Positions 1-11,276 of a stretch of DNA of 64,000 bases are shown in pieces. Position numbers and translations under genes: made by a program. Origin of the DNA: Narcine bancroftii (taxonomy: Eukaryota); the NCBI RefSeq assembly GCF_036971445.1, contig NC_091476.1, positions 94,860,001-94,924,000 of the forward strand, written 5' to 3'. The notes under the pieces are model-generated. The model was not told the DNA's origin, made no database searches, and saw only the letters and a list, made by a program, of their open reading frames with translations. Each line of letters starts with the position of its first letter. Position 1 is the first letter of the stretch.

Positions 1-466
1 CTGGAGAACCCTAAGGAGGCAAGTTTGGTCAGCAAGGCACTAAAGTGGCTGATTAAAAAAAGGAATCAGTTGTGGGTGTCCAATGAACAACAAATCTCTC
101 TCTGAAAACCGACAAGAACCTTCCTGAGTAGTAACCATTTTCCTTTCCACCACCGAAGCCTGGCAAATTTTATACATGTTAAATTCTGTGCACAGTATAA
201 GAATTGTCTGCAACCAATGAACTTGGAGGAATGAGAAGTGAGATTGGACTGTGAATCAAAGAACTTTTCTGAACTTACACGCACATTATATACACATGTG
301 CTTAGAATTAGAAGGGGGTTAGGTTAGTTAAATCAATAGTGATAAGTTAAAATGTGATTCTGTTTTCATGTTTAAAGATAATTAAAAGCAAATTTTGTTT
401 AAGCAACAATTTGTCTTGGTGAATATCTATTGCTGCTGGGTTCGGGGATCCTCTGAGCTCATAACA
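1..466 (+). mobile_element. 3' part of a putative LTR (solo or terminal), truncated by window start
   Basis: Ends in ...ggggatcctctgagctcaTAACA, an LTR-like CA terminus after an AT-rich body; no partner LTR or TSD visible. Confidence 0.35.
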
Positions 467-944
467 ATGGTTAACTTAAGATCCTGACCAAGACATACAG
501 AACTCATTTTAACTAAATCTTGAGGCAAAGTACTCCGGATAGAAATATTTGCCAGATGTGTGTCTTCACATTGGCGAGTGGTCTGCAGATGTGTAGATCA
601 ATATTTCTGTTGAATTTCTGTCTGCCAAGAGTGTGACCTTCAAGTTCCATTATCACATGCTCTCACTGCATGCAACAGAGATATTATAAAGAAGAAGCTC
701 TGCATCATCAGTAATTCTGACTAAATTATATCGGTGTGATTTAATTAGAGAATTAAATTCTCTCTGTGAGGATGTTGCATTTGAATACGTTATATTCTTT
801 TTTAAAAACTGCTGCTATGTGTTCCTTTCTCTGGCATAAGGAGAGCTCAAACTCTAAAAGAACAGACGTGTGGAAGATTACTTCTGATGTGTCAATGGCA
901 GTGAAGCACCATTTTTCATCACTGGATGCTGTCCCAGAGATTGT

Positions 945-1290
945 AGAGTCACGCACTTATACATCAGAGAAACAGGCCCTTCAGCCTATTATAACTCTTC
1001 TAACTAGTATGCCTATCCCTTGCCTCTTGCCTCATATCCCTCTTTGACCTGCTTATTCCTCTGTTACTGTGCCTCAACCAACTCCTCTGACAGCTCATTC
1101 TGGATAGCAACTACTCTTTGTGTGAAAAGTGTCTCCCTCAGATCTTCTTTAAACCTCTTCCCTCTCACCTCAAACTTCAGCCCCTTTAGTTTTAGTTCCC
1201 ATACTATTAGAAACTGGCTCCTGACCCTATCTGTGCCCCTTATAATTTTATGCTCTACATCATGCCATCTCTCTGAAAGGGAATAGCGTT
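945..1290 (-). mobile_element. CR1-like LINE 3' fragment, degenerate
   Basis: 'agaaacaggcccttcagcc...ctctgaaagggaatag' resembles the reverse complement of the CR1 3' ends at 4743 and 48678. Confidence 0.5.
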
Positions 1291-1349
1291 AGACATGCCC
1301 GGGTGTATAAAACTTTCAGTACTTCCCATGTCGAATAGGCTTTAACTCA

Positions 1350-2100
1350 ATGTCCATTATGGATCATGTCAGTTAGTTGTAGTCCAGCACAGTGGAGGCC
1401 AGAGTTAGTTCATTGTTGGAATCACTACTGCTATAATGTTGGGATGGTTCCGCCAAGCTAGCCACCCTGGAGATCTCGAATATGGCTGCCCCCATGGATC
1501 GCAAGCAGTGGAGTCTGGAAAAGGCACCAGACGTGACATCCTCCCATGTTGTCTCCCTCCTGTTCCTGCCGTTCGGTTCTCAGCCACCAGAAGTGATGCA
1601 GAAAGAGGGTTGATCCAACATGATGATATGGGTTGCGGTCCTTACATGGCGCTGCTGAAGGGAGGGTTAAAGTAGCATACCTTGGCTTGGTGCCCCTTCC
1701 TCCTACAGTTCGAGGATATCAGTCCAAGCAGTACTTCTTTGGGTTCTTGGTCTGGCCGTAGTAGTTGCACCTTGTGTGCTCAATAGTGGAAGTGCCAGTC
1801 AGGTGACCCAAGATGGCAGCTCCCATGCTCCCCACCCAGTGGCTGTATGGCTTACAGAGTAGCCCTCCATATTCTTCAGGCTGTCTCAAATGATTGACCC
1901 AGCTGCATAACTTCCTTTAGGGTCTGATTGCCCTTCTCCAGGAGTCTCTCACAGATGTAGATTGAGTGGAAATTGGACACTAACCTATCACGGATGAGTT
2001 CCTCTTGACAGTCCACCACAGTCACAGCTATGCACCTACAGGCACATTCCCAGCTCCCTCATGGCCCTCACAAAGTCATTGATGGACTCACTGGAGGTGA
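1350..2100 (-). mobile_element. Degenerate Mag-like Gypsy gag fragment
   Basis: Minus strand reads EELIRDRLVSNFHSIYICERLLEKGNQTLKEVMQLGQSFETA, aligning with gag at 17675-17914 (RQRLLEKGDQTLQDEVDLTKSLETA). Confidence 0.65.
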
Positions 2101-4217
2101 GAGATCAAGCAAAGCCAGCAATCATCTATGCGGTCTCTCTCAGGCTCCCAAAGTTTTGGATGTCACAGTCATACTTGTGGTTCAAGCAGGCTGATGCTTC
2201 AGTTCCTGCTTTGACACATCGCCACAGTTGACACCCACTACTTCTACATAATGAGCGCACTCAATCAATATACAGCGGCAAGGGTTGTTGTTTTCCTACT
2301 GCAGCCTCCAGAGTAAGGCAAATACGCTGCCCTCAAAGAGCTTTTAACCTGCACTTTTAGGCTCTCCCAATGTGAGCGAGCTGTCCAATTGCTGCATATG
2401 AATGGAATGGGGAACAGGGCCCCATCTGCCCTAATGAGTGAGATGCTCGCTTTGACCGAGGGCCACAAGCCTTGCCTGCTCTTTGAGCAGATCTTTCTGG
2501 AGCAGCTGCCCAAAGATATCTGACTCCTGCTCACAGACGAGGTCTTTAGTGATCCTTGGAGGGTCATGTCCTGGGCAGACATGTTTTGGAGAGCAAACAA
2601 GCACACCAGCGCCGTCATAGACCATATCAGCAAGTTCCATGAACAGCTGCCTACAAGACCAAGGGCAGCAGAGAGGCAAGTTAATGCCCTAGGACAATTC
2701 TGCTACTATCATCAGTGATGGGGTGCAGAGGCCCATTGATGCCCCCCACCCTGTGGGTTTCCAGGAAATGCACTGGCTAATTGTTGTTGATGGCTGCGGC
2801 AATTGGCCCACATGATAACTTCCACTACATCTGGGACTCTCTGCCAGCCAGGCATTTCCTAGTCAACACTGGCACCGAGATAAGCATCCTACCCCCTTCA
2901 GATCTCGACACCCACAATGACAAGCATGGCCTAGCACTGAGGACAGCTAACAGCTCCTCTATTCAAACTTTAGGGACCCGCACCATTCCCCTTCATTTTG
3001 ACAACAGCCACTTTCACCCCTGTGGCAGTGGCACAACTGCTCCTGGGGGATGACTTCCTTCGTGCCCACTGTTTACTTTTCGACTTCAAGGGATTGTGCT
3101 TGGTACTTTTCAAACACTGCCTCTGGAGGCCCCCCCCCCCAACCTGGACTCTAATACACTTTCGGACAATGAATTCACCCACAACCTGCGGAGTTCCCCT
3201 CGGTAGTGGTGCCACATGTTCTGCGGCTGAGCCAAAGCACAGGTAAGACACCACATTCTGACTGAGGGCCCCCCTGATCTATGCCTGGGTGCACCAACTC
3301 CTGCCCGAAAAACTCAGCCTAGTGAAGGAGGAGTTTAAGAAAATAAAGGAGCTGGGAATCGTACATACTCCAACATTCCTCGGACCTCCCCCCTTCACAT
3401 GGTGCCAAAATCAGAAGGGGGTTTGGAGACCATGTGGCGACTACCACTGCATCGATGTGGCCACCATACCCATCAGATATCCTGTGCCCCACATCTAAGA
3501 TTTTTCTGCCAACCTACACGGGACACAGGTGTTCTCCAAGATGGACCTCATCCGGGGGTACCACCAAATCCCAGTTCACCCCTAGGATATCCCCAAAACT
3601 GCAATGATAACCCCCTTAGGTTTATTTGAATTTCTCCGCATGCCCTTCAGTCTAAAGAATGCAGCACAAACTTTCCAGCAGCTGATGGATGCAGTGGGCC
3701 GGGACCTCCCATTTACGTTCATCTATTTAAATTATATCCTTATCGCCAGCCACAGCCACAAAGACCACGCTGATCATCTGAGACAATTGTGCACCTGCTT
3801 GAGGGAGTTTTGGCTGATGATCAATTCCATGAAATTCCAATTCGTCTGGACACCATCAACTTCCTGGGGCCCAGGATAAATAGACATGGGGGTTACATCC
3901 CTTCCTAAGAAGGTCGAGGTGGTTCGGCACTTTGCTAAGCCATGCATGGTGAAAGAACTACTGAGTTTCGCCAGTATAATAAACTTTTTACCATAGGTTC
4001 ATACTGACAGTAGCATGCATCATGCTTTGTGCTGATGTCAGGCAAGTCAAAAGGTTTTACTTCGAACAATGAGTCTTCCTGGGCATTCCAGAACACCAAA
4101 CACATGCAGGCCAATGCCACCCTCTTGGTCCATCCCAGACCGGAGATATCTACCATCCTAACAGTCAACACCTCCAGCACAGCGGTAGGATGTGTGCTGG
4201 AACAGCTCAGTGAGGGC

Positions 4218-4575
4218 TGTTAGGTCTGCTTTGTTCAAGAATGAGTGAGTCAGACACCAGACTGAGTCGAAATCAAGGTTCTTTATTACCGGATTGTAAC
4301 ACTTACAACTAACAGTGTTAGTTGGAGAAGGCGCATTATCCCGATATCAGCAAGTGGTGTTTTTTTATGCCCCAGGACACGCACTTAGTAAATTATCATA
4401 CCATTACATTGTCCAATGAATAAGCTGTTGCTACCCTTCTCTGTTTGTCTGCTGCACATCATTCTTGTTAGTGCCAAGCTTATCTTGAGTGTACAAGGTC
4501 ACACCTGCATCCTGTTACTCCTTAGTACTGGGTGACTCCTTCTCCGGTCCCATCTCATGATGTTTTTACCTTACA
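4218..4575 (-). mobile_element. Solo LTR (358 bp) inserted in the RNase H region of the CsRn1 relic
   Basis: TGTTAGG...CCTTACA termini; 4-bp TSD GGGC (4214-4217, 4576-4579); removal restores host frame LSEG|QWQFLAFCSR; AATAAA on minus strand. Confidence 0.85.
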
Positions 4576-4742
4576 GGGCCAATGGCAATTTTTGGCCTTT
4601 TGCAGCAGGCATCTCTACACCTAGTGCTTAAATACAGCACTTTCGACCAAGAGCTGTTGGCGCTATACCTGGTGGTAAGACAATTCGGTTACTCTTTGGA
4701 AGGCTGACAATTCAAGGTCTTCACCGAAAACAAGCCACTGAC

Positions 4743-6067
4743 ATAGGAACATAGGAAGTAGTAACAGGAGTAGGCCAAAAATGGCCCATCGAGCCTGCTC
4801 CGCCATTCAATAAGATCATGGCAGATCTAATTTATGACCTAACTCCACCTACCTGCCTTCTCCCCATATCCCCTAATTCCTCTATCATGTAAAAATTTAT
4901 CTAACTGAATTTTAAATATGTTTAATGAAGCAGCCTCAACCACTTCCCTGGATAGAGAATTCCAAACATTCACTACTCTCTGGGAAAAACTATTTTTCCT
5001 CATCTCTGTCCTAAATCTACTCCCCCGAATCTTGAGACTGTGTCCTCTCGTTTTAGTTTCCCCGGCCAGCTCAAAAAAAACCTTCCTACATCTATCCTAT
5101 CCATACCCTTAATCCAATATATTTCTATAAGATCTCCTTTCATTCTTCTGAAGTCGAGCGAATACAATCCTAGATGATTTAATCTTTCATCATAAGTCAA
5201 CCCCTTCATCCCAGGGATCAACCTAGTAAACCTCCTTTGGACCGTCTCCGAAGCCAGTATATCCTTCCTCAAATATGGAGACCAGAACTGGACACAGTAC
5301 TCCAGGTGCAGTCTCAACAGTACCTTATACAGTTGCAACATTACCTCCCTACTCTGAATTCAATTCCTCTAGTGATGAAGGCCAACATTCCATTTGCCTT
5401 CTTAATAACCTACTGCACCTGCAACCTAACTTTTTGCAATTCATGCACAAACACTCCCAAGTCCCTCTGCACAACAGCATGGTGTAGCCTTTCACCATTT
5501 AAATAATATTGAGCTCTTTTAGTTTTCTTGATAAAGTGGATAACCTCACACTTGTACATTGTACTCCATCTGCGAGACCTTTGCCCACTCATCCAGCTTA
5601 ACTATATCCCTCTGCAGACTCTCCACATCCTCATTACAATTTGCTCTTCCACTCAATTTGGTGTCATCCGCAAACTTGGCTACATTTTGTCCGCTCCTTC
5701 AAGTCATCAATGTAAATGATGAACAGTTGTGGGCCGAGCACCGACCCCTGCGGCACCCCACTTACCAATCTCTGCCAACCTGAAAAACTCCCACTTATCC
5801 CAACTCTCTGCTTCCTATCAGACAACCAATTTTCGATCCATGCCAATATACTTCCCCGGACTCCACTTTCCTGTAACTTACTGATAAGTCTCTTGTGTGG
5901 CACCTTATCAAATGCTTTCTGGAAATCCAAATATACAACAACAACCTGTTCCACTCTATCCACCGCACCCATTATAGCCTCAAAGAATCCTAACAATTTT
6001 GTCAAACAAGATCTTCCCTTTCTAAAACCATGCTGTGTCTGCCTGATTGAACCCTTACGTTCCAAAG
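4743..6067 (-). mobile_element. 5'-truncated CR1 LINE nested in the CsRn1 relic
   Basis: ORFs 5664-6119 (YLDFQKAFDKVPH, GVPQGSVLGP) and 5000-5341 (HLEYCVQFWSP); (TTCCTATG)-type tail at 4743; host frame KPLT|FTFHKVRDPWS resumes at ~6069. Confidence 0.9.
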
Positions 6068-7385
6068 GTTCACCTTCCATAAGGTTAGGGACCCATGGTC
6101 GGCCCAACAACAGAGACACTTGTCCTCCATCTCCGAATTTACCATGGACATCATGAGAAAATGCAACATTGTAGCTGATGCTCTGTCACGCTCCGAGATC
6201 GAGTTGGTACGTATCCTGTACCAAGGGGTCAACTACGTGGCCCTTGCCAAAGTGAAGCAGTTGGATGCTGAGATGCTATCATATAGGACAACCGACTCTG
6301 GCCTCAGGGTAGGGACATCCTCGTCAGCCCAGGTAACCTGACACTGCTATCCGATGTCTCTAGAAGCAGCTCCCGCCCCATCATTTCAGCTGCATGGAAG
6401 CGCCAGGTTTTCAATGCCATCCGCAACCTGGTCAAAATATTGGCCAACAGATTTGTCTGGAATGGGTTTATAAACAGGTTCGCCTGTGGGCTAAGTAAGA
6501 TCTGCATGAAATGTCAGTCCTCCTAAGTGAAGGTTAACATGAGAATTCCCACACAGACATTTGAACCAGAGCGGTGCATGTTAAGTCATATACACATTGA
6601 GATTGTGGGGCCATTACCAATTTCTTGAGGGGAAAGATACTTCTTGATCATGGTTGACCGTTCTACGAGATGGCTAGAAGCAGTCCCCCTGGCTGATACC
6701 ACCACACAAACCTATGCCAGGGCACTGATCGACACATGGGTGTCCAAATTCAGAATCCCAGATAATTTAACCTCATATAGGTGGCACAATTCACCTCTGG
6801 GCTCTGGGCAGTGCTGGCTAACTTCCTGGGGACACAGCTCCACCACACCACGGCATATCACCCTCAGGTCAATGGGTTGGTGGAGTGGTTTCACAGGCAC
6901 CTCAAGGCAGCCTTGATGGCCTGGCTCAAGGGTCCCAACTAGGTTGATGAACTGCCTTGGATCCTGTTGGGGATTCATGCCATGCCAAAGGATGATGCCC
7001 TTTATCATTCCTGGGGTGTTCCTTGCCCCTGATTAATGCCCAGAAGACTCCACGGCAACTGTCAAGATCTTGTGGTGAAAACTGGGGTCCCTGGTCATGC
7101 GGCAACCCACCATAAGGTCAGCCAAAATATAATGTCCCCAGGGACTTAAAATCTTGTCGATATGTATTTGTGAGAAGTAATGTACACCATCCATCCCTAC
7201 AACGACTCTACGAGGGGCCCTACTGGGTCATTAGAGACAATGGTAAGGAGGAGAATTTTACCATCAACTGCCTGAAATCGGCATAATCTGGCCTGTATTG
7301 AGCTGGTCACTCCTCCCCTGTGACGCAGGGGCAGACTGCCCAAGGCAACGAACAATGGCCTGGTCATTGGTTCTGGGGGAAGTCA

Positions 7386-7672
7386 TGTAGCGGCCTGCGA
7401 ACAGAGACACAGACTGGCTCATAAAATGGCTGACAAACATGGCAACCACATGGTCCTGGGGGTGACACCATGATCATCCCAGGAGATCTCCGCACAGCGG
7501 CAAGATGGGGAGCTCTAGCGGGAACGTTGGTCCATCCCAGGCCAATGCTCCGATGATGTGGGACCTTGACATCAGCACCTGGGGCCCATATAAGCACGAT
7601 GGGCCATGCAATAAACCAGTCTAATTTTCAAAGGCTTGGGTGTGCATGTCGTTCTTCTCCATGCTCGCTATA
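7386..7672 (+). repeat. 3' LTR of the CsRn1 relic
   Basis: Starts TGTAGCG after GGGGGAAG; ends CGCTATA (mutated CGCTACA); TATA-like motif ~7588 and AATAAA 7610-7615. Confidence 0.7.
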
Positions 7673-7727
7673 GAAGTGCATAAATATACCACAAATATGT
7701 GTCTTCACATACAGCTACAATTTAGTT

Positions 7728-9102
7728 CAGTGGTTCTCAACCTTTTTCTTTTCACTCATATATCATTTTAAGTAATACCTATTCCAGGGGTGTCAAACTC
7801 AAATTCACGGAGGGCCAAAATTAAAAACTTGGACTAAGTCGAGGGCCGAACTAAATATTTATTGAAAATTTTCAACAACATCTGCATGTTTTCTCTTCTT
7901 TCAACATATGTAATGTTAAACTTTTCTTATTAAAATAAATGTTTAATAATAGTTTTGGATAAACTCTTTCCAGAAGCATTAACAAATGAGAAATAAAATA
8001 TTCAATAAATAATATTTCTCTATAGAGGATTTGTCAAATGTTGCTAGTGTGCTGTCGAATAGTAAAATCTGAGGGCTATTGAGAATGTGGGAGAATAACA
8101 TGATTCCTGAAACAATCAAATGGGTGACTGATTGTGGGCATGAACTCTAGCAGGGTTATTTGCCATGTCTTTTTTCCATTGGTACAGATATCCTTTGATT
8201 TACACACTTTTCAAGTTTTATGCCTAATGAGCTTGTATCCAGGTGCATGACCATTTTTAACCAGGAATATATTTATCACTGTGACATGAAACTATTGGAA
8301 GATCGTTTTATCCTGAGTTTAAAGTTCATAATCCTTACTCAGGCCTGTGTGCGGGAGGGCGGGGTTTGAGGGCGATCGGGTTGGACAACAACAGTGCGGG
8401 GGCATCGGCTCTCGCTGCAGGGCGGCATCTCGGCGGATCAGCGGCCCCGTCACTGTGAGTTGCGGGTCGGCCTGCGGCAGGGAGGGGGAGTGGGCAACGG
8501 TCCTGGTGAGGTCAGGCCCGAGGCCTCCGGTTCCGGGTGCTGGGAAGCGGCCTTGGCTTCCCCTGACACCGGCCAGGCCCCAAAACCAGAGTCCACGGTG
8601 AGACCCTGCAACGTAAACAGAGGAGATGGGGGCGATTAGCGGGCTGACACCAATGCATTCTGGGATTTATAGTATTACCTGTGCATGCGCTATACTGGCG
8701 CGGCGGCCAGCGGGCCACCTCTAATACATTTTTGAAATGATCTTGCGGGCCAAATATAATTATATCGCGGGCCAGAGTTTGACATGTGTGACCTATGCCA
8801 TTGGTGTTCTCTGATTAGTAAGGGATTGTTTAAGGTGGGATGTGAATGGGAAGGGAAGGTTGAGAACCACTGCTCAAGACTCAATTGAAATATTTTGCTT
8901 GAGAAAAATTGTCATTGGCCCATTTCCTTTGGAGTTATGAAACCGTGCACATAATGAGTCAATGAGGGATGATTAAAACAGTGGTGTTTCTTTCCACCCA
9001 CATACCACCTTAAGCAATCCCTTCCAAATCACAGAGCCCCAATAGCATAGGGAATACTTAAAGTGGTATGTGAGTGGAAAGAGAAAAGGTTGAGTTCCAT
9101 TG
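7728..9102. mobile_element. hAT-like composite MITE (two inverted ~130-bp units, each with CAGTGGTTCTCAACC-type ends, around a ~105-bp spacer)
   Basis: CAGTGGTTCTCAACC at 7728 / GGTTGAGAACCACTG ending 8872; inverted second unit ~8979-9102; possible degenerate 8-bp TSD ATTTAGTT/GTTTTGTT. Confidence 0.7.
7785..8790. mobile_element. Non-autonomous hAT (Charlie-like) DNA transposon nested in the MITE
   Basis: TIRs CAGGGGTGTCAAACTC / GAGTTTGACATGTGTG; 8-bp TSD ACCTATTC (7777-7784) / ACCTATGC (8791-8798); GGGCC subterminal motifs. Confidence 0.85.
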
Positions 9103-9429
9103 GTTTTGTTTCTTCATTGCCAGACAGTCAATCTTTGGTGAGAGAGAGCGCACTGGTGCATGAGGATATTTCACTTGTTTATTAACTTGTTTGTCAGCTT
9201 CTTGCTCAGCCTGATACTGATGTACATTCAGATCTTTACACTTTGCACATTGGCTATTCTTGTGAAGTTGAAATCTGCTGAAGATTAAATCAAAAAATGC
9301 TGAAAATCTTAAGCACTTTAATAACATCTCGGCCGAGATGCCATTTCAAGCTAGTGACTACTGCTTGATTATTTTTGAACACCAGGCAAATGAATACAAT
9401 CCATGAGTAATTCCAGTTGAGATCCATTT

Positions 9430-10030
9430 AAGTTCAAGTGGCAATTTATTATCATATGATTATACATATACAACCTGATGAAACAGCGTCTCTCCAGCTC
9501 ATGGAGAATGCACAAAGCACAGTACATAATAATTACATAAATGATCAAAATAAATAAATATCTGGGATGATTTACATGGTTACAGGATAGTGTACATCAA
9601 TCTCACAGCCCGTGGGAAGAAACTATTCCCCAGCCTGGCAATTCGTATTTTGAAATTCCTGTACTCTCTTCTTGATGGTAGTGGTTTGAAGATACTGTGC
9701 GCTGGATGGAAAGGATCTTTGATAATTCTTTAGCCCTATTTAGTCACTGCCCCAAGTAAATGTCAGCTATAGAAGACAGGAAGACCTCTTGGCTGTTTTA
9801 ATGATTCGCCATTTCGATGCTGTCTGATGCTTTGCAGCTATCACAACACACAATGATGCAACCAGATCGGACACTCTCAATTCTGCTCCTGTAAAAGATT
9901 GTCAAGATGGGCCTGGGAGACTTGCTCCCTCTACCCTTCTTAGTAAGAGGTAAGAGGAAGTGCTGCTGTGCATTGCTTACTAATGAGGAGGTGTTATGAG
10001 TGCAGGATAGACCATCCTGGACCAATGCCA
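9430..10030 (-). mobile_element. Rex1/Babar-like LINE 3' fragment
   Basis: ORF 9798-10154 contains LTIFYRSRIESVRSGCIIV, resembling the Rex1 RT C-terminal FYRxxIESxLxxCIxxW motif; 3' UTR ending near 9430. Confidence 0.65.
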
Positions 10031-11028
10031 GACTATTTTGTGCCCTAGACAGCACTGAGCGCAGTGGGGAGGGGTTGCTGACCAGGCTCAGTGGGGACGG
10101 GGGGTATGAGCGGGGAGGGGGAGGGTTGCCGGCTGGGATGATCTTTGGGTGCAATACCTAGTGTGACATTTAACGTGTGCTGTACCACTTCCTCCCTTCG
10201 CCTTACCAGACTAATGCATGTGCTTATAGCTCATTCATCAGAACCACATCATTCATAATGCAGAGATGCCGGAGCAGTTGGAATCTCTCTCAACAGTGCC
10301 CCTCTGAGGTCTGTGCCCTAGTTGGCCTAATGGTAGTGCCGGCCCTCGATTCACGCCCAGGAACTTCGTACTTTCCACTCTTCACATGGTGGATCCATAG
10401 CTTTACTGTTCAAAGTTTGGGAATCAAACCATGAAATTCTATAACAAAAATTTCTGAGCCATTCAGGGCATGTTTTTAAAGACTCAGACATAATTAAATC
10501 ATTATCAAATCAAAGCAGCATTTCAAATCCAGCCAGTAGAGCTCTGCTTAACTATAGAGGCCATTTTGTGCCTATTTTGTGATTGCATTCATTTCTTTTT
10601 AAAGACACAGTAGCTTCGACTGACCCTGTTCCTTTGTGTTTGTGCGTGAACACACTGATGAGTACTGAATGAAACATCAGACACTGTGGAAAGGTCTGTT
10701 ATGTAACACAGAACTTGTTCAGCTTTTTGAGCCCAAGATCAAACATTTTCATTATTGTGTGCAAAGAAGCCAATAATGAAATGGAGAGCAAATCTGGAAA
10801 AATGTACTAGTGAGCAAATGTGGCATTTGACCAGTGGACCATAACTGTGAGTTTTCAGCTGTGGGACTCAGTCAGTTCAATGGGAGGATTTCGATGTATG
10901 AATCAAACTGAAATAGTACAGCCAGTGGAGTCGATTTAGATTAAAATCAACTGTTCCACTCTTATCCAATTTCCCTCTTTTTCCTCATTTCTAATTTAAT
11001 CTACTCTCATGATAATCATTCCAATATA

Positions 11029-11229
11029 CAGTAAAAATTCTGATATCCGACACCTATGGTGATTGGTAGATGCCAGATGAGTGTCTTTTCTGGTCGGTTG
11101 AGAGAGTGTGTTTCATGATTGGCAAACTAAGGGTGAGATGCACCAATTTTATAGCCATATTTTTTACCTATTTATTTTACGCATTTTATTTTGCCAGTTT
11201 CTTGAATTGTGGTGAACAGGGGTACACTG
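11029..11229. mobile_element. Tc1/mariner (Tigger-like) MITE
   Basis: TA|CAGTAAAA...TACACTG|TA, i.e. CAGT termini with TA flanks; TIRs degenerate. Confidence 0.5.
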
Positions 11230-11276
11230 TACTCCTATATGCCATATACAGTTGGTCACAGAGTCAAGTTAAGAAT

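Larger units (their letters stand above)
2105..7672 (+). mobile_element. CsRn1-clade Gypsy LTR retrotransposon relic (5' LTR lost; gag-PR-RT-RH-INT disrupted; two nested insertions)
   Basis: gag LPKFW..WFKQA; CX2HX9CX3C nucleocapsid (~2701-2755, with stops); PR FLVNTGTEIS; RT WRPCGDY/RYPVPHI/FLRMPFSLKNAAQTF; RH EGQWQFLAF; INT MVDRSTRWLEAVP; purine tract then 3' LTR. Confidence 0.85.
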
